Positions 28,659 to 37,960 of a stretch of DNA of 64,000 nt are shown in pieces. Under the pieces are notes generated by a model, which worked only from the letters and a program-made list of their open reading frames with translations, had not been told where the DNA came from and did no database searches. Location: NCBI GenBank assembly GCA_035291605.1, contig DATDRS010000326.1, forward strand, positions 14,406 through 78,405, read 5' to 3'. The translations under genes were made by a program, and so were the position numbers. Positions within the stretch are counted from its first letter, which is position 1; each line of letters starts with the position of its first letter. The DNA comes from Anaerolineales bacterium (lineage in GTDB: Bacteria; Chloroflexota; Anaerolineae; Anaerolineales; UBA6663).

Positions 28659-29717
28659 ATGGACTTAGGCATCGTCATCGTCAACTGGAACGTGCGCGAC
28701 CTGCTCGCGGCGTGCCTGGATTCTGTCTACGTTGACCTGGCCCAGAGCGGGAACGCGCTGCGCGGCGTGGTGTGCGTGGTGGACAACGGCTCGACCGACG
28801 GCTCGGTGGAGATGCTGAAGGCCCGCTTTCCGCGCACGCGGCTGATCGAGGCCGACAATCGCGGCATGGGCGCAGGGAACAACCTCGGACTGAGGGCATT
28901 GGGGTATGGAGAAAATCTCAAATCCCAATCTCCAATTTCTGGCCTCCCGCCTCCTACCTCCCACCTCCCAACTCCAGCCTCTCCACCTCCCTTCGCCCTC
29001 ATTCTAAACCCCGATACGGTGGTGAGGCCAGGGGCGTTGCGCCAGCTGGCGGATTTTTTGCGCGCGCATCCTCGGGCCGGTGCGGCCGCCCCGAAACTCC
29101 TCAACCCAGATGGCTCAGTGCAACATGCAGGCTTCCGTTTCCCCGGGCTGCTGCAGGCGGCGCTCGACCTGTTTCCCCCTCCCGGACGATTGGGCCGGAT
29201 CATCGACTCGCCGCTCAACGGGCGTTATCCGGCGGCAGCCTACGCCGGCGGCGCGCCATTTCAAGTGGATCACACTTTGGGCGCAGCCTTTGCCGTGCGC
29301 GCCGAAGTCATCGCCCAGTGTGGCCTGTTCGACGAAACCTTCCACATGTACTGCGAGGAGATTGACTGGCAGTGGCGCATGGCGCAGGCCGGCTGGGAGC
29401 GCTGGATTGTGCCTGCCGCCGAGGTCGTCCACTACGGCGGGCAGAGCACCTCGCAAGTCCACGCTGACGCGTTTCTCCAGCTCTGGACCAGCCGCCGCCG
29501 GCTGTATTACCGCTATCACGGTTTCGCCGTGAACGCCCTCCTCAGCCGCCTCGTCCAGCTCGCCATGCGCGGGCGCATCCGCGCGAACCACCGCCGCAGC
29601 CAGCGCGGCGAGCTCGACGCCGACGCGCGCGCGGAGATGAACCTGGCGCTGAGTGAAGTGATCCGAGTGTGGCAGGGGCGGAGACCTGGACTGAAGAGAT
29701 TAGAGATTGGAGATTAG
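28659..29717 (+). CDS. Family 2 glycosyltransferase (rhamnosyltransferase-like)
   Basis: IVIVNWN, VVDNGSTDGS, NRGMGAGNN and NPDT motifs. It carries a repeat-derived insertion, and its last codons are encoded by a palindromic element. Confidence 0.85.
   Translation: MDLGIVIVNWNVRDLLAACLDSVYVDLAQSGNALRGVVCVVDNGSTDGSVEMLKARFPRTRLIEADNRGMGAGNNLGLRALGYGENLKSQSPISGLPPPTSHLPTPASPPPFALILNPDTVVRPGALRQLADFLRAHPRAGAAAPKLLNPDGSVQHAGFRFPGLLQAALDLFPPPGRLGRIIDSPLNGRYPAAAYAGGAPFQVDHTLGAAFAVRAEVIAQCGLFDETFHMYCEEIDWQWRMAQAGWERWIVPAAEVVHYGGQSTSQVHADAFLQLWTSRRRLYYRYHGFAVNALLSRLVQLAMRGRIRANHRRSQRGELDADARAEMNLALSEVIRVWQGRRPGLKRLEIGD
28914..28992. repeat. Two abutting heptamer arrays inside the GT2 coding sequence
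   Basis: AAATCTC AAATCCC AATCTCC AATTTCT, then GG, then CCTCCCG CCTCCTA CCTCCCA CCTCCCA ACTCCAG CCTCTCC ACCTCCC. Translated as NLKSQSPISGLPPPTSHLPTPASPPP. Confidence 0.75.
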
Positions 29718-29752
29718 AGATTACCCGTCTCCAATCTTCAATCCTCAATCTC
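29696..29752. repeat. Heptamer-periodic palindrome spanning the GT2/GT2 junction
   Basis: Arms are GAGATTAGAGATTGGAGATTAGAGA and TCTCCAATCTTCAATCCTCAATCTC. 20 of 25 positions are complementary. The element contains the upstream gene's TAG (29715-29717). Confidence 0.75.
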
Positions 29753-29767
29753 CAAACTCCACCTCCC

Positions 29768-30523
29768 GTGCTCGCCGCCATCGTTCTCGCCCACGACGAA
29801 GAGAGGCACCTCCCCGGTTGTCTGGCCTCCGCCCAATGGGCTGACGAGGTCATCGTCTTCGATTCCTTCAGCGCCGATCGCACCATCGAGATCGCACACT
29901 CCGCCGGGGCGCGGGTCATCCAGAGGCAGTTCGACAACTATGCGGGTCAGCGCGACGCCGCGCTGCAGTGCACTTCGGCCGAGTGGGTGCTGTTTGTGGA
30001 CGCCGACGAGCGGGTGACATCGGAGTTGGCGCAGGAGGTCAGGGAAGTCTTGGCACGCCCCGAGGCCGGCTGGTGGGTTCCCCGCTACAACTACATCTTC
30101 GGCAGGCTGACGCGGCACGCCGGGTGGTATCCCGACTATCAATTGCGCCTGCTGCGCCGCGCCAGAGCCAGCTATGACCCGGCGCGCCCGGTGCACGAAC
30201 TCGTGAGGCTGGATGGACAAGCCGGATACCTGAAAGAGCACTTCATCCACCTCAATTACGAGACCATCCCTGAATTCATCGCCAAGCAAAAATACTACGC
30301 CGCGTACGACGCTAGCCGCCTCGCCGCCGAGGGCGTGCGAGCCAGGCCGCATCACTTCATCCTGCAGCCCCTGCGGCAGTTCTGGTGGCGCTTCATCACG
30401 CTCGCCGGCTGGCGCGATGGATGGCATGGCCTGCGGTTGAGCCTGTTGATGGGATGGTTCGAGTTCGAGAAATACCGCCTGCTGCAGAAATCCCACCTTC
30501 CAAATTCCAAATCCCCAAAATAG
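29768..30523 (+). CDS. Family 2 glycosyltransferase
   Basis: LAAIVLAHDEERHL, VFDSFSADRT and FVDADE (DxD) motifs. GTG at 29768 is preferred because the ATG at 29669 would read through the palindromic element and overlap the upstream gene by 49 nt. Confidence 0.8.
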   Translation: MLAAIVLAHDEERHLPGCLASAQWADEVIVFDSFSADRTIEIAHSAGARVIQRQFDNYAGQRDAALQCTSAEWVLFVDADERVTSELAQEVREVLARPEAGWWVPRYNYIFGRLTRHAGWYPDYQLRLLRRARASYDPARPVHELVRLDGQAGYLKEHFIHLNYETIPEFIAKQKYYAAYDASRLAAEGVRARPHHFILQPLRQFWWRFITLAGWRDGWHGLRLSLLMGWFEFEKYRLLQKSHLPNSKSPK

Positions 30524-30567
30524 CCCTGGTCACAGCCCGTATTGGGATTTGGCTGTTGGGATTTGGG
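30500..30567. repeat. Heptamer-periodic imperfect palindrome overlapping the GT2 stop codon (terminator candidate)
   Basis: CCAAATTCCAAATCCCCAAAATA ... TATTGGGATTTGGCTGTTGGGATTTGGG, followed by the T-rich CTTCTTCTTTTCTT. Confidence 0.7.
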
Positions 30568-30580
30568 ACTTCTTCTTTTC

Positions 30581-30609
30581 TTGCCAAAGTTTTTCAACAA
30601 TGTTAGAAT
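30581..30609 (+). promoter_or_regulatory. sigma70-like promoter TTGCCA-17-TAGAAT for the HNH gene
   Basis: Hexamers at 30581-30586 and 30604-30609. Confidence 0.6.
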
Positions 30610-30659
30610 TTTGCGCAACCAGTCCGGCGCGGTCGTTCCCGCGCCGGACGTTAGCGACA

Positions 30660-31163
30660 ATGAACCAGCCGGTTCTGGTGCTCAACGCGAATTTTGAGCC
30701 GCTCAATGTGTGTGATACCCGGCGCGCTATTGGCCTGATTCTCACCGGCAAGGCGGAGATGGTGGCGAATGGGCGCGGTTATATCCACGCGGCTCGCGCC
30801 AGCTACCCGCGTCCGTCCGTCGTCAAGCTGGGACATATGGTCAAGCGCCCGCGCCCGCGCGTCAAGCTCACCAAGCGCGAGGTCTTCCGGCGCGACAACT
30901 ACACTTGCCAATACTGCGGGCGGCAGACAACGCACTTGACGATTGACCACGTCATCCCGCGCCACCGGGGAGGCCAGCACCGCTGGGACAACCTGGTGGC
31001 AGCCTGCCCGCCGTGCAACCGCCGCAAAGGCGGCCGCATGGTCGTCGAGGCGAACATGGCCCTCCGGCATCGCCCCGTGGAACCCGCCCCCACCGCCGCC
31101 TACCTCTTCGGGCGGCATCTTGCCGAAAACGCCGCCTGGCAGCAGTATATCGAAGGCTGGTAA
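30660..31163 (+). CDS. HNH endonuclease-domain protein
   Basis: YCGRQ...LTIDHVIPRHRGG...WDNLVAACPPCNRRKG is an HNH/zinc-finger motif. ATG at 30660 chosen; the ORF is open from 30549 through promoter and repeat sequence. Confidence 0.85.
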   Translation: MNQPVLVLNANFEPLNVCDTRRAIGLILTGKAEMVANGRGYIHAARASYPRPSVVKLGHMVKRPRPRVKLTKREVFRRDNYTCQYCGRQTTHLTIDHVIPRHRGGQHRWDNLVAACPPCNRRKGGRMVVEANMALRHRPVEPAPTAAYLFGRHLAENAAWQQYIEGW

Positions 31164-31205
31164 ACAACGCAGGGTCTGGTGAAATGCCAGACCCTGTGTT
31201 GTTTT
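31164..31205. terminator. Bidirectional intrinsic terminator between convergent HNH and LMW-PTP genes
   Basis: ACAACGCAGGGTCTGG - TGAAATG - CCAGACCCTGTGTTGT, a 16-bp stem with one G:U, followed by TTTT. Confidence 0.75.
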
Positions 31206-31221
31206 GGGTACAGCTCTCTGC

Positions 31222-31692
31222 TCATTTCCCTCCGCCCGCTAACTCCACAATCCTCTGCCCCCCACGCGCAAGCAGGTTCGCCAGCTCCTTCGCCGTCTCC
31301 GCATACTCGGCTAACCCCGCGCCATACGGGTCTTCCACGTCAAACGTCTGTCCGATCATCTCGCTGAGGAGTTGGACGCGGCTGGCGTATTGGGGGAACT
31401 CGGCGTGCAAGGCTTCGCGGTGCGAGCGCGTCAAGCACAGGACGAGATCGGCGTGCGCCATCCGGTTCTCGTTCACCATCCGCGAGCGATGGCGCGAAAT
31501 GTCCAACCCGCGCTCGGCCATGACCTGGCGCGCGTACTCGGTGGCGGGCGCTCCTTCCACCGCCCAGGTGCCCATTGACCCCACACGCCATTCGCCCAGC
31601 ACGGCGTTCCGTTTGAGCCAGTCGGCAAAAAGCGCCTCGGCCATCGGCGAGCGGCAGACGTTGGCAGTGCAGACGAATAAGACAGCCGGCAT
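31222..31692 (-). CDS. Low-molecular-weight protein tyrosine phosphatase
   Basis: CX5R(S) P-loop VLFVCTANVCRSPMAE and DP general-acid motif VEDPYG. Confidence 0.9.
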   Translation of the reverse strand: MPAVLFVCTANVCRSPMAEALFADWLKRNAVLGEWRVGSMGTWAVEGAPATEYARQVMAERGLDISRHRSRMVNENRMAHADLVLCLTRSHREALHAEFPQYASRVQLLSEMIGQTFDVEDPYGAGLAEYAETAKELANLLARGGQRIVELAGGGK

Positions 31693-31778
31693 ATTGAAAG
31701 GTCAACACGCAAACACGCCTACAGGTATGAGGCAATGACCTGACGGTATACCTGCTGCTTGTCTACCTGTGTGCTAAT

Positions 31779-32897
31779 TTACCCCTTCCCCAAAACTCCC
31801 GCTTCAGCGATCTCGACCAAAGCATATAAGCCTCCTGAAACTACGCCGTGCCCGCCGAGCACAATCGGAATGGGCGCGTTGACGGCGGCGGCGGTGAACT
31901 CGCGCAGGAACGAGTCTTGAATCCGGTCGGCGAGGCCCAGGTCGGAAGCATAGCGGTCGGCGGCGGAGGGCCATAGACGATGATGCGCCAGAACGACGCG
32001 CGTGTCAAAGAAGACGGCCTCCACCATCTGACTGAGTTCGGCGAAAAAGGCTTCCGCGCCCACGCGGGCGAGGTGCGCCCCGACGAATGACCGCACGCGC
32101 CCCGAATTTTGCCGCCCGCTCGCCGCCATGCCGCGCTCCTCGGAAAACACGCGGATCCAAACCTGCGTGTGCGCCTCGACGTAGGCCCACACGCCGGAGG
32201 CGACCCGGCCAATGAGCGCGATCTGGCTGGCGGGGGTGAAGAGTTTCTTCCCTGCCGCCCGCCAGCGTGAGGTATCCTGCGGATGAGCACGGAGATAAGC
32301 CGAGAGTTCCGGCCCGGTGCGCGGGTGCAGGCTCAACGCCAGCAAATCGGCGGGGGTGTCAATATCCACGCGGGTCGCCGCGCTGGGGTTGAGGCCCCGC
32401 ACCTCAACCGAGGCCTCATTCGTAAGCACCCAACCGAGCGCATTATCGCGCTCCAGACGGTGGGGGCGAGATCGTACTGCCTCGGGGCAATTCAGCACGA
32501 TCCAATCCGACGAATGCAGGTTGTTCGTGATCGCCAACGGGGTGGTCGCACATGCCACCTCTTCAACCGCTTGCGCTAACACGTCGCGTGGCAAAAGCGG
32601 GAGGCTGCCTGCGCCGAGGTACACGAAAACGTCCGAAGGGTAGCCATCCATGAGAGCCGCCAGGCGCTGCCCGAAGTGAAACGACTGGCTGGGCGCGTCG
32701 AAATCCCAGATCACTGGCAAGTCGGGATGTTGTTCCTCCAGTTCGGGTTCCGGGGCGGCGACGACGACGCGCGCCGCCTGAGGCAGGGTCATCGTCAGTT
32801 GCACGGCGTCCCGCATGGCGGCGATCCGCCCGCCCGCAACCCACTGCTCTATTTCCCCCAGTCCCTCGCGGCCAAGAAAAATTAGCGTCGTCGTCGC
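31779..32897 (-). CDS. Uncharacterised two-domain protein (MobA/CofC-like nucleotidyltransferase N-domain plus unknown C-domain)
   Basis: VDIDTPADLLAL resembles the DIDTPxDL motif of MobA/CofC-type GT-A nucleotidyltransferases. ATG at 32897 is chosen because the hpf terminator hairpin (32914-32943) lies inside the longer ORF. Confidence 0.5.
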   Translation of the reverse strand, partial: ATTTLIFLGREGLGEIEQWVAGGRIAAMRDAVQLTMTLPQAARVVVAAPEPELEEQHPDLPVIWDFDAPSQSFHFGQRLAALMDGYPSDVFVYLGAGSLPLLPRDVLAQAVEEVACATTPLAITNNLHSSDWIVLNCPEAVRSRPHRLERDNALGWVLTNEASVEVRGLNPSAATRVDIDTPADLLALSLHPRTGPELSAYLRAHPQDTSRWRAAGKKLFTPASQIALIGRVASGVWAYVEAHTQVWIRVFSEERGMAASGRQNSGRVRSFVGAHLARVGAEAFFAELSQMVEAVFFDTRVVLAHHRLWPSAADRYASDLGLADRIQDSFLREFTAAAVNAPIPIVLGGHGVVSGGLYALVEIAEAGVLGKG

Positions 32898-32903
32898 CAT
32901 ATC

Positions 32904-32943
32904 ACACAAAAACGTGGGGAACCGCCTGACGGCGGTTCCCCAC
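32904..32943 (-). terminator. Intrinsic terminator of hpf
   Basis: Minus strand reads GTGGGGAACCGCC - GTCA - GGCGGTTCCCCAC, a perfect 13-bp stem, followed by GTTTTTGTGTG. Confidence 0.8.
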
Positions 32944-32981
32944 GCGTGGGGTTTCAAGGTATCGTGCGCCTCCAGTGTGTC

Positions 32982-33557
32982 TCAGTCGATCTCCGGGTCA
33001 ATCAGCCCGAAGTCGCCGTCACGGCGGCGGTAGAGCACATTGATCCGGTTCGTGTCGGCATTGTAGAAGACGAAAAAATCGTCGTGGCCGAGCATTTGCA
33101 TCTGTTCAATGGCTTCGGCTTCGTTCATAGGGGTGAGGGTAAAGCGCTTTCGCCGCACGACCACGCCCTCCGGCGCGGACGCCTCAGACTCAATCAGCGC
33201 CTCCTCCTCGGAGACGACCAGCGCTTCGGCCCCGGCGCCATTGCCGCGCCCGCGCCAGTGCTTGCCTTTGTAGCGCTCAATCTGGCGCTGCATCTTGTCC
33301 AGCACGGCATCCACGGCGGCGAAGATGTCGTCCTTGCGTTCCTCGACGCGGAGCACCACCCGGTTAGCGTGAATGGTGAGCTGCGCGACGTGCCGGTCGG
33401 CGGCCGACCGCGCGGTGCGTTCCTCGGCCAGATCAACGCGCGCCTCGTTGATGCTGGGCAAGTACCGGTCCAGCTTGCTGACCTTCTTCTCCACATACTC
33501 CCGCAGGCGAGTCGAAACGTTCATGTCGCGCCCCTGGATCGTCACTGAGATGGCCAT
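32982..33557 (-). CDS. hpf: Ribosome hibernation-promoting factor, long form
   Basis: S30AE/RaiA N-domain (ITIQGRDMNVSTRLREYVEKK) plus C-terminal dimerisation domain (KPMNEAEAIEQMQMLGHDFFVF-like). GGAGG SD. Confidence 0.9.
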   Translation of the reverse strand: MAISVTIQGRDMNVSTRLREYVEKKVSKLDRYLPSINEARVDLAEERTARSAADRHVAQLTIHANRVVLRVEERKDDIFAAVDAVLDKMQRQIERYKGKHWRGRGNGAGAEALVVSEEEALIESEASAPEGVVVRRKRFTLTPMNEAEAIEQMQMLGHDDFFVFYNADTNRINVLYRRRDGDFGLIDPEID

Positions 33558-33640
33558 GGCTACCTCCTGTGAAAAGGTGAGATATACCCTGCCGGTCGTT
33601 CAGGCAGAGCGCAAAACCAAGACAGCCGTCGCGCTAATTG

Positions 33641-34444
33641 TTAACGTGCGACCGAGCCGGATTTTTCCGCCCGGCGGCTGCCGGCGTAGGAGAGCGAATG
33701 CGCCCGCCCCAGCGTGAACCCCCACACCCGAACCGCTCCAGCAGCCAGCAATGCCTCGGCGCAAGCGTTCAACGTTGCGCCAGTTGTGTAAACATCATCC
33801 ACCAGAATCACGGCTTTGTCAGCCACCCTCTCTGTCCTACCTCTGAAGGCCCCCGCGACGTTGGCCTGCCGCTCGTGCGCCGAGAGGCCGACTTGCGAAG
33901 CCGTATGCCTGAAGCGCGCTGCGCCCGCGGGCGTGTAAGGCAGGCCCATGAGGGCCGCGAAGGCATCCGCCAGCAATCCGGCTTGGTTGTAGCCGCGCTC
34001 ACGCATGCGCTGGGCAGAAAGCGGAACTGGGACGACCAGATCGGCGGCGAAGCCGTAGGCTGGCCAGGCTTCGCACAACAAGACTGCCAGCGCGTCGGCC
34101 AGGATGATGTCGCGTTTGTACTTGAGGCGATGGAGGGCTTGCTGCAACGGGCCTTCGAAGAACGCCACCGAACGGACGCTGGCCAGGGCAGGGGTGGGCT
34201 GCCGAAGACAACTGGCGCACCGGAGCATTTCACCAGCCCGCAGGGGAAAACCGCAGTGCTCGCAGACGGGCGCCGGCAGATACGCCAGCGAAGCGCGGCA
34301 GGCCGCGCAGAACCGCTGCCCCTCTTTCCCGCATCCCCCACACTGCGGGGGAAAGATCATATCCACGACGGCCCAGGCCGCCTGGCGCGCCGTATACCGC
34401 CAGGCTGGCCGGACCGAGAGTCGGTGCGACGCAGTCAGCGTCAT
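33641..34444 (-). CDS. comF: ComF-family protein (ComFC-like phosphoribosyltransferase-fold competence protein)
   Basis: N-terminal 4-Cys zinc-finger pattern (CGGCG...CAAC) and PRTase motif VILVDDVYTTGAT. Confidence 0.85.
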   Translation of the reverse strand: MTLTASHRLSVRPAWRYTARQAAWAVVDMIFPPQCGGCGKEGQRFCAACRASLAYLPAPVCEHCGFPLRAGEMLRCASCLRQPTPALASVRSVAFFEGPLQQALHRLKYKRDIILADALAVLLCEAWPAYGFAADLVVPVPLSAQRMRERGYNQAGLLADAFAALMGLPYTPAGAARFRHTASQVGLSAHERQANVAGAFRGRTERVADKAVILVDDVYTTGATLNACAEALLAAGAVRVWGFTLGRAHSLSYAGSRRAEKSGSVAR

Positions 34445-34491
34445 GCCGCTCCTTGAGGCGTGCTGCTCAGGCCCCGGCCACGTCGAGCGAT

Positions 34492-35445
34492 TTAGAAGAA
34501 CTGCTTCATCACCTGAATCGCCGCCGGACCGAGCAGCACGATATAAATGGATGGGAAGATCAGGAAGGCCATCGGGATCAGCATCTTGATTGGCGCCTCG
34601 TGGGCCTTCTTCTCGGCGCGCTGGCGCCGGCGGATGCGCATCTGCTCCGATTGGATGCGCAGCACCTTGGCCATGCTCACACCTAACTGGTCCGCCTGGA
34701 TCAGGGCGGCCACGAAACTGGTCATCTCCGGGATCCCCATGCGCTCGGACATGTCGCGCAAGGCGTCGCGGCGCAGCTTGCCCAGGCGGATTTCCTGGAT
34801 GACGCGGGCAAACGCCAGGGATAATTCGTTATCCCACTTTTCGCTGACTTTTTGCATCGCCTGGTCAAACCCCAGGCCGGCTTCGACGCACACCGTCAGC
34901 AGGTCGAGCGCATCGGGCATCGCTTTAAGGATGGCTTCCTGCCGCCGGCTGATCTTGCTGGAGATCAACATAGTGGGCAGGAAGAAACCCAGCGCCCCAA
35001 ACCCCACTGCCGCGCCCACGGCCTTGATCACACCGCCGCGGATGGAGAAAGCCGAGTCGGCCGGCGCGATAATCGTAATAAACAGGATGAACACCGCCAG
35101 ACCCACACTCGCCACAATCCGGATCGCATAGAACGTAACCGGGTCGAGACCTTTCGGGTTGCCGGCCATATCGAGTTGTTTTTCAATCGCCTTGAGGGAT
35201 GACTCCGGCGTAAAGCGCGTGGCAAATTCACCGAAGCGCTTGATCAGCGGCAAGAGGACGCGCTCGGAGAACGGCTGGGAGAGCTCAATCTCCTCCAAGG
35301 TGACGGGCGTCTCGCGGGTGGAATACTCGGCCAGGCGCGCCTGCAAGGGGTCCGCCTCGGCCTGCGCCTGCCGCCCCACGATCACCAGCATCACGGCCAC
35401 GATGATGACGAGGATGATGATCCCGACGACGATTAAGGGGCCCAT
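34492..35445 (-). CDS. tadC: Tad/Flp pilus assembly membrane protein TadC (T2SSF domain)
   Basis: T2SSF-domain polytopic protein, third gene after the CpaF ATPase. Confidence 0.8.
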   Translation of the reverse strand: MGPLIVVGIIILVIIVAVMLVIVGRQAQAEADPLQARLAEYSTRETPVTLEEIELSQPFSERVLLPLIKRFGEFATRFTPESSLKAIEKQLDMAGNPKGLDPVTFYAIRIVASVGLAVFILFITIIAPADSAFSIRGGVIKAVGAAVGFGALGFFLPTMLISSKISRRQEAILKAMPDALDLLTVCVEAGLGFDQAMQKVSEKWDNELSLAFARVIQEIRLGKLRRDALRDMSERMGIPEMTSFVAALIQADQLGVSMAKVLRIQSEQMRIRRRQRAEKKAHEAPIKMLIPMAFLIFPSIYIVLLGPAAIQVMKQFF

Positions 35446-35473
35446 AGTCTTACCTCCTCACCGCTCCACGCAG

Positions 35474-36448
35474 CTAAATTTCGATGTTGACGATCTTCAT
35501 GATGATCGCAAAGCCAATGCCGATCATCAAGAAGACGGTGACGATCATGGCAATCCCGCACAGTTGAAAGCGACTCTTCTCCCAGAGCTGGCCCATGTAT
35601 TCCGGGTTGATGAGCGTCAGGAAGAGGCCTAACCCGATCGGCAGCAGGGAAATGACATAGCCCGTCATCATCCCCTGCGCGGTCAGCGTGGCAATCTCGC
35701 CTTTGATGCGAACCCGCTCGCGGATGGTGAAGGAGATGGTATCCAGGATTTCGGCCAGGTTGCCGCCGACTTCCCGCTGGACGTTGATCGCCGTGACTAC
35801 AAAGTCCAGGTCCTTACTGGGGATGCGGCGCGTCAGGTTTCCCAGAGCCCCCTCCATAGGCAGGCCCAATTGCATCTCCTGCACCACGCGCCGGAACTCG
35901 GTTGACATGGGCGGAGGCATTTCTCTTCCCACGGACTCGAGCGCCTGCATCACGCTGTAGCCCGCGCGCAGGCCGTTCACGGTCAGGTTGAGCATGTCGC
36001 CCAATTGGTTATCAAATCGAGTCAGGCGCGACTTCTGCTGCGAGCCGACGTACATGCGCGGCAGGAACAATCCGCCGACGCCCGCGAGCGCGCCCCACAG
36101 CGGTCCTTTTAAGAACCAAACCGCGGCGAACAGGCCGAAGGCGACAATGACATGCAGGGCCAGATATTCGCCGACCGTCAGCTTCAAGTCGGCGCGGGCC
36201 AGTTCGCGCGAGATGTTCTCGGCGAAACCGCGGCCAGCCAGCGCCTGATTGAGGCGATCAGCGAGGAAGCTGGGCCGAGGGCCTTCCGCGACCTCCTGCG
36301 ACCCGGCCGCGGGGGCCACGGCCTGCCCGGCCTGAGTGAATTGCCCCAGGCGCTCTTCGACGGTGGAGCGGCGGCGGCTCAGGGCAAAGAAAACCACGCC
36401 GCCAATCATGGCCAGAACGACCACAGCGATGATGATGCCGAGAACCAT
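35474..36448 (-). CDS. tadB: Tad/Flp pilus assembly membrane protein TadB (T2SSF domain)
   Basis: T2SSF-domain polytopic protein immediately downstream of cpaF. Confidence 0.8.
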   Translation of the reverse strand: MVLGIIIAVVVLAMIGGVVFFALSRRRSTVEERLGQFTQAGQAVAPAAGSQEVAEGPRPSFLADRLNQALAGRGFAENISRELARADLKLTVGEYLALHVIVAFGLFAAVWFLKGPLWGALAGVGGLFLPRMYVGSQQKSRLTRFDNQLGDMLNLTVNGLRAGYSVMQALESVGREMPPPMSTEFRRVVQEMQLGLPMEGALGNLTRRIPSKDLDFVVTAINVQREVGGNLAEILDTISFTIRERVRIKGEIATLTAQGMMTGYVISLLPIGLGLFLTLINPEYMGQLWEKSRFQLCGIAMIVTVFLMIGIGFAIIMKIVNIEI

Positions 36449-36497
36449 GTGCTTGCTTCGCCTCCCGGATTACGAGGGCCGACCCCGGTGCCCCGGT

Positions 36498-37928
<1,431 letters not shown>

Positions 37929-37960
37929 ATCACCACCTCACCATGCATACCAGCCAACGG

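Noticed and set aside
28914-28992. Possibility that the short tandem repeats at 9850-9915, 12986-13066, 28914-28992, 29696-29752 and 30500-30567 are a CRISPR array
   Set aside because: The units are 7 nt with no spacers, the arrays are 60-80 nt, they are arranged as inverted arms, and no cas genes are present.
29669-29767. ATG start giving a 284-aa GT2 that overlaps the upstream GT2 by 49 nt
   Set aside because: The extra 33 codons are the palindromic repeat element itself. The GT2 fold normally begins at the (L/V)xxIV motif found right after GTG 29768. Not excluded; see the finding at 29696-29752.
30660-31163. HNH gene as part of a mobile element or defence system
   Set aside because: There is no integrase, transposase, methyltransferase, Cas or toxin neighbour. 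There are no flanking direct repeats or att-like sites, and the composition is the same as the surroundings.
31721-31770. ACAGGTA ... TACCTG ... TACCTGT repeats upstream of the LMW-PTP gene as an operator
   Set aside because: The half-sites are only 6-7 nt and could arise by chance. No second line of evidence.
33603-33621. Sigma-54-like TGG-N9-TGC motif upstream of hpf (minus strand TTGGTTTTGCGCTCTGC)
   Set aside because: The GG-to-GC spacing is one nucleotide longer than the -24/-12 consensus, and the flanking bases do not match TGGCAC/TTGCA.
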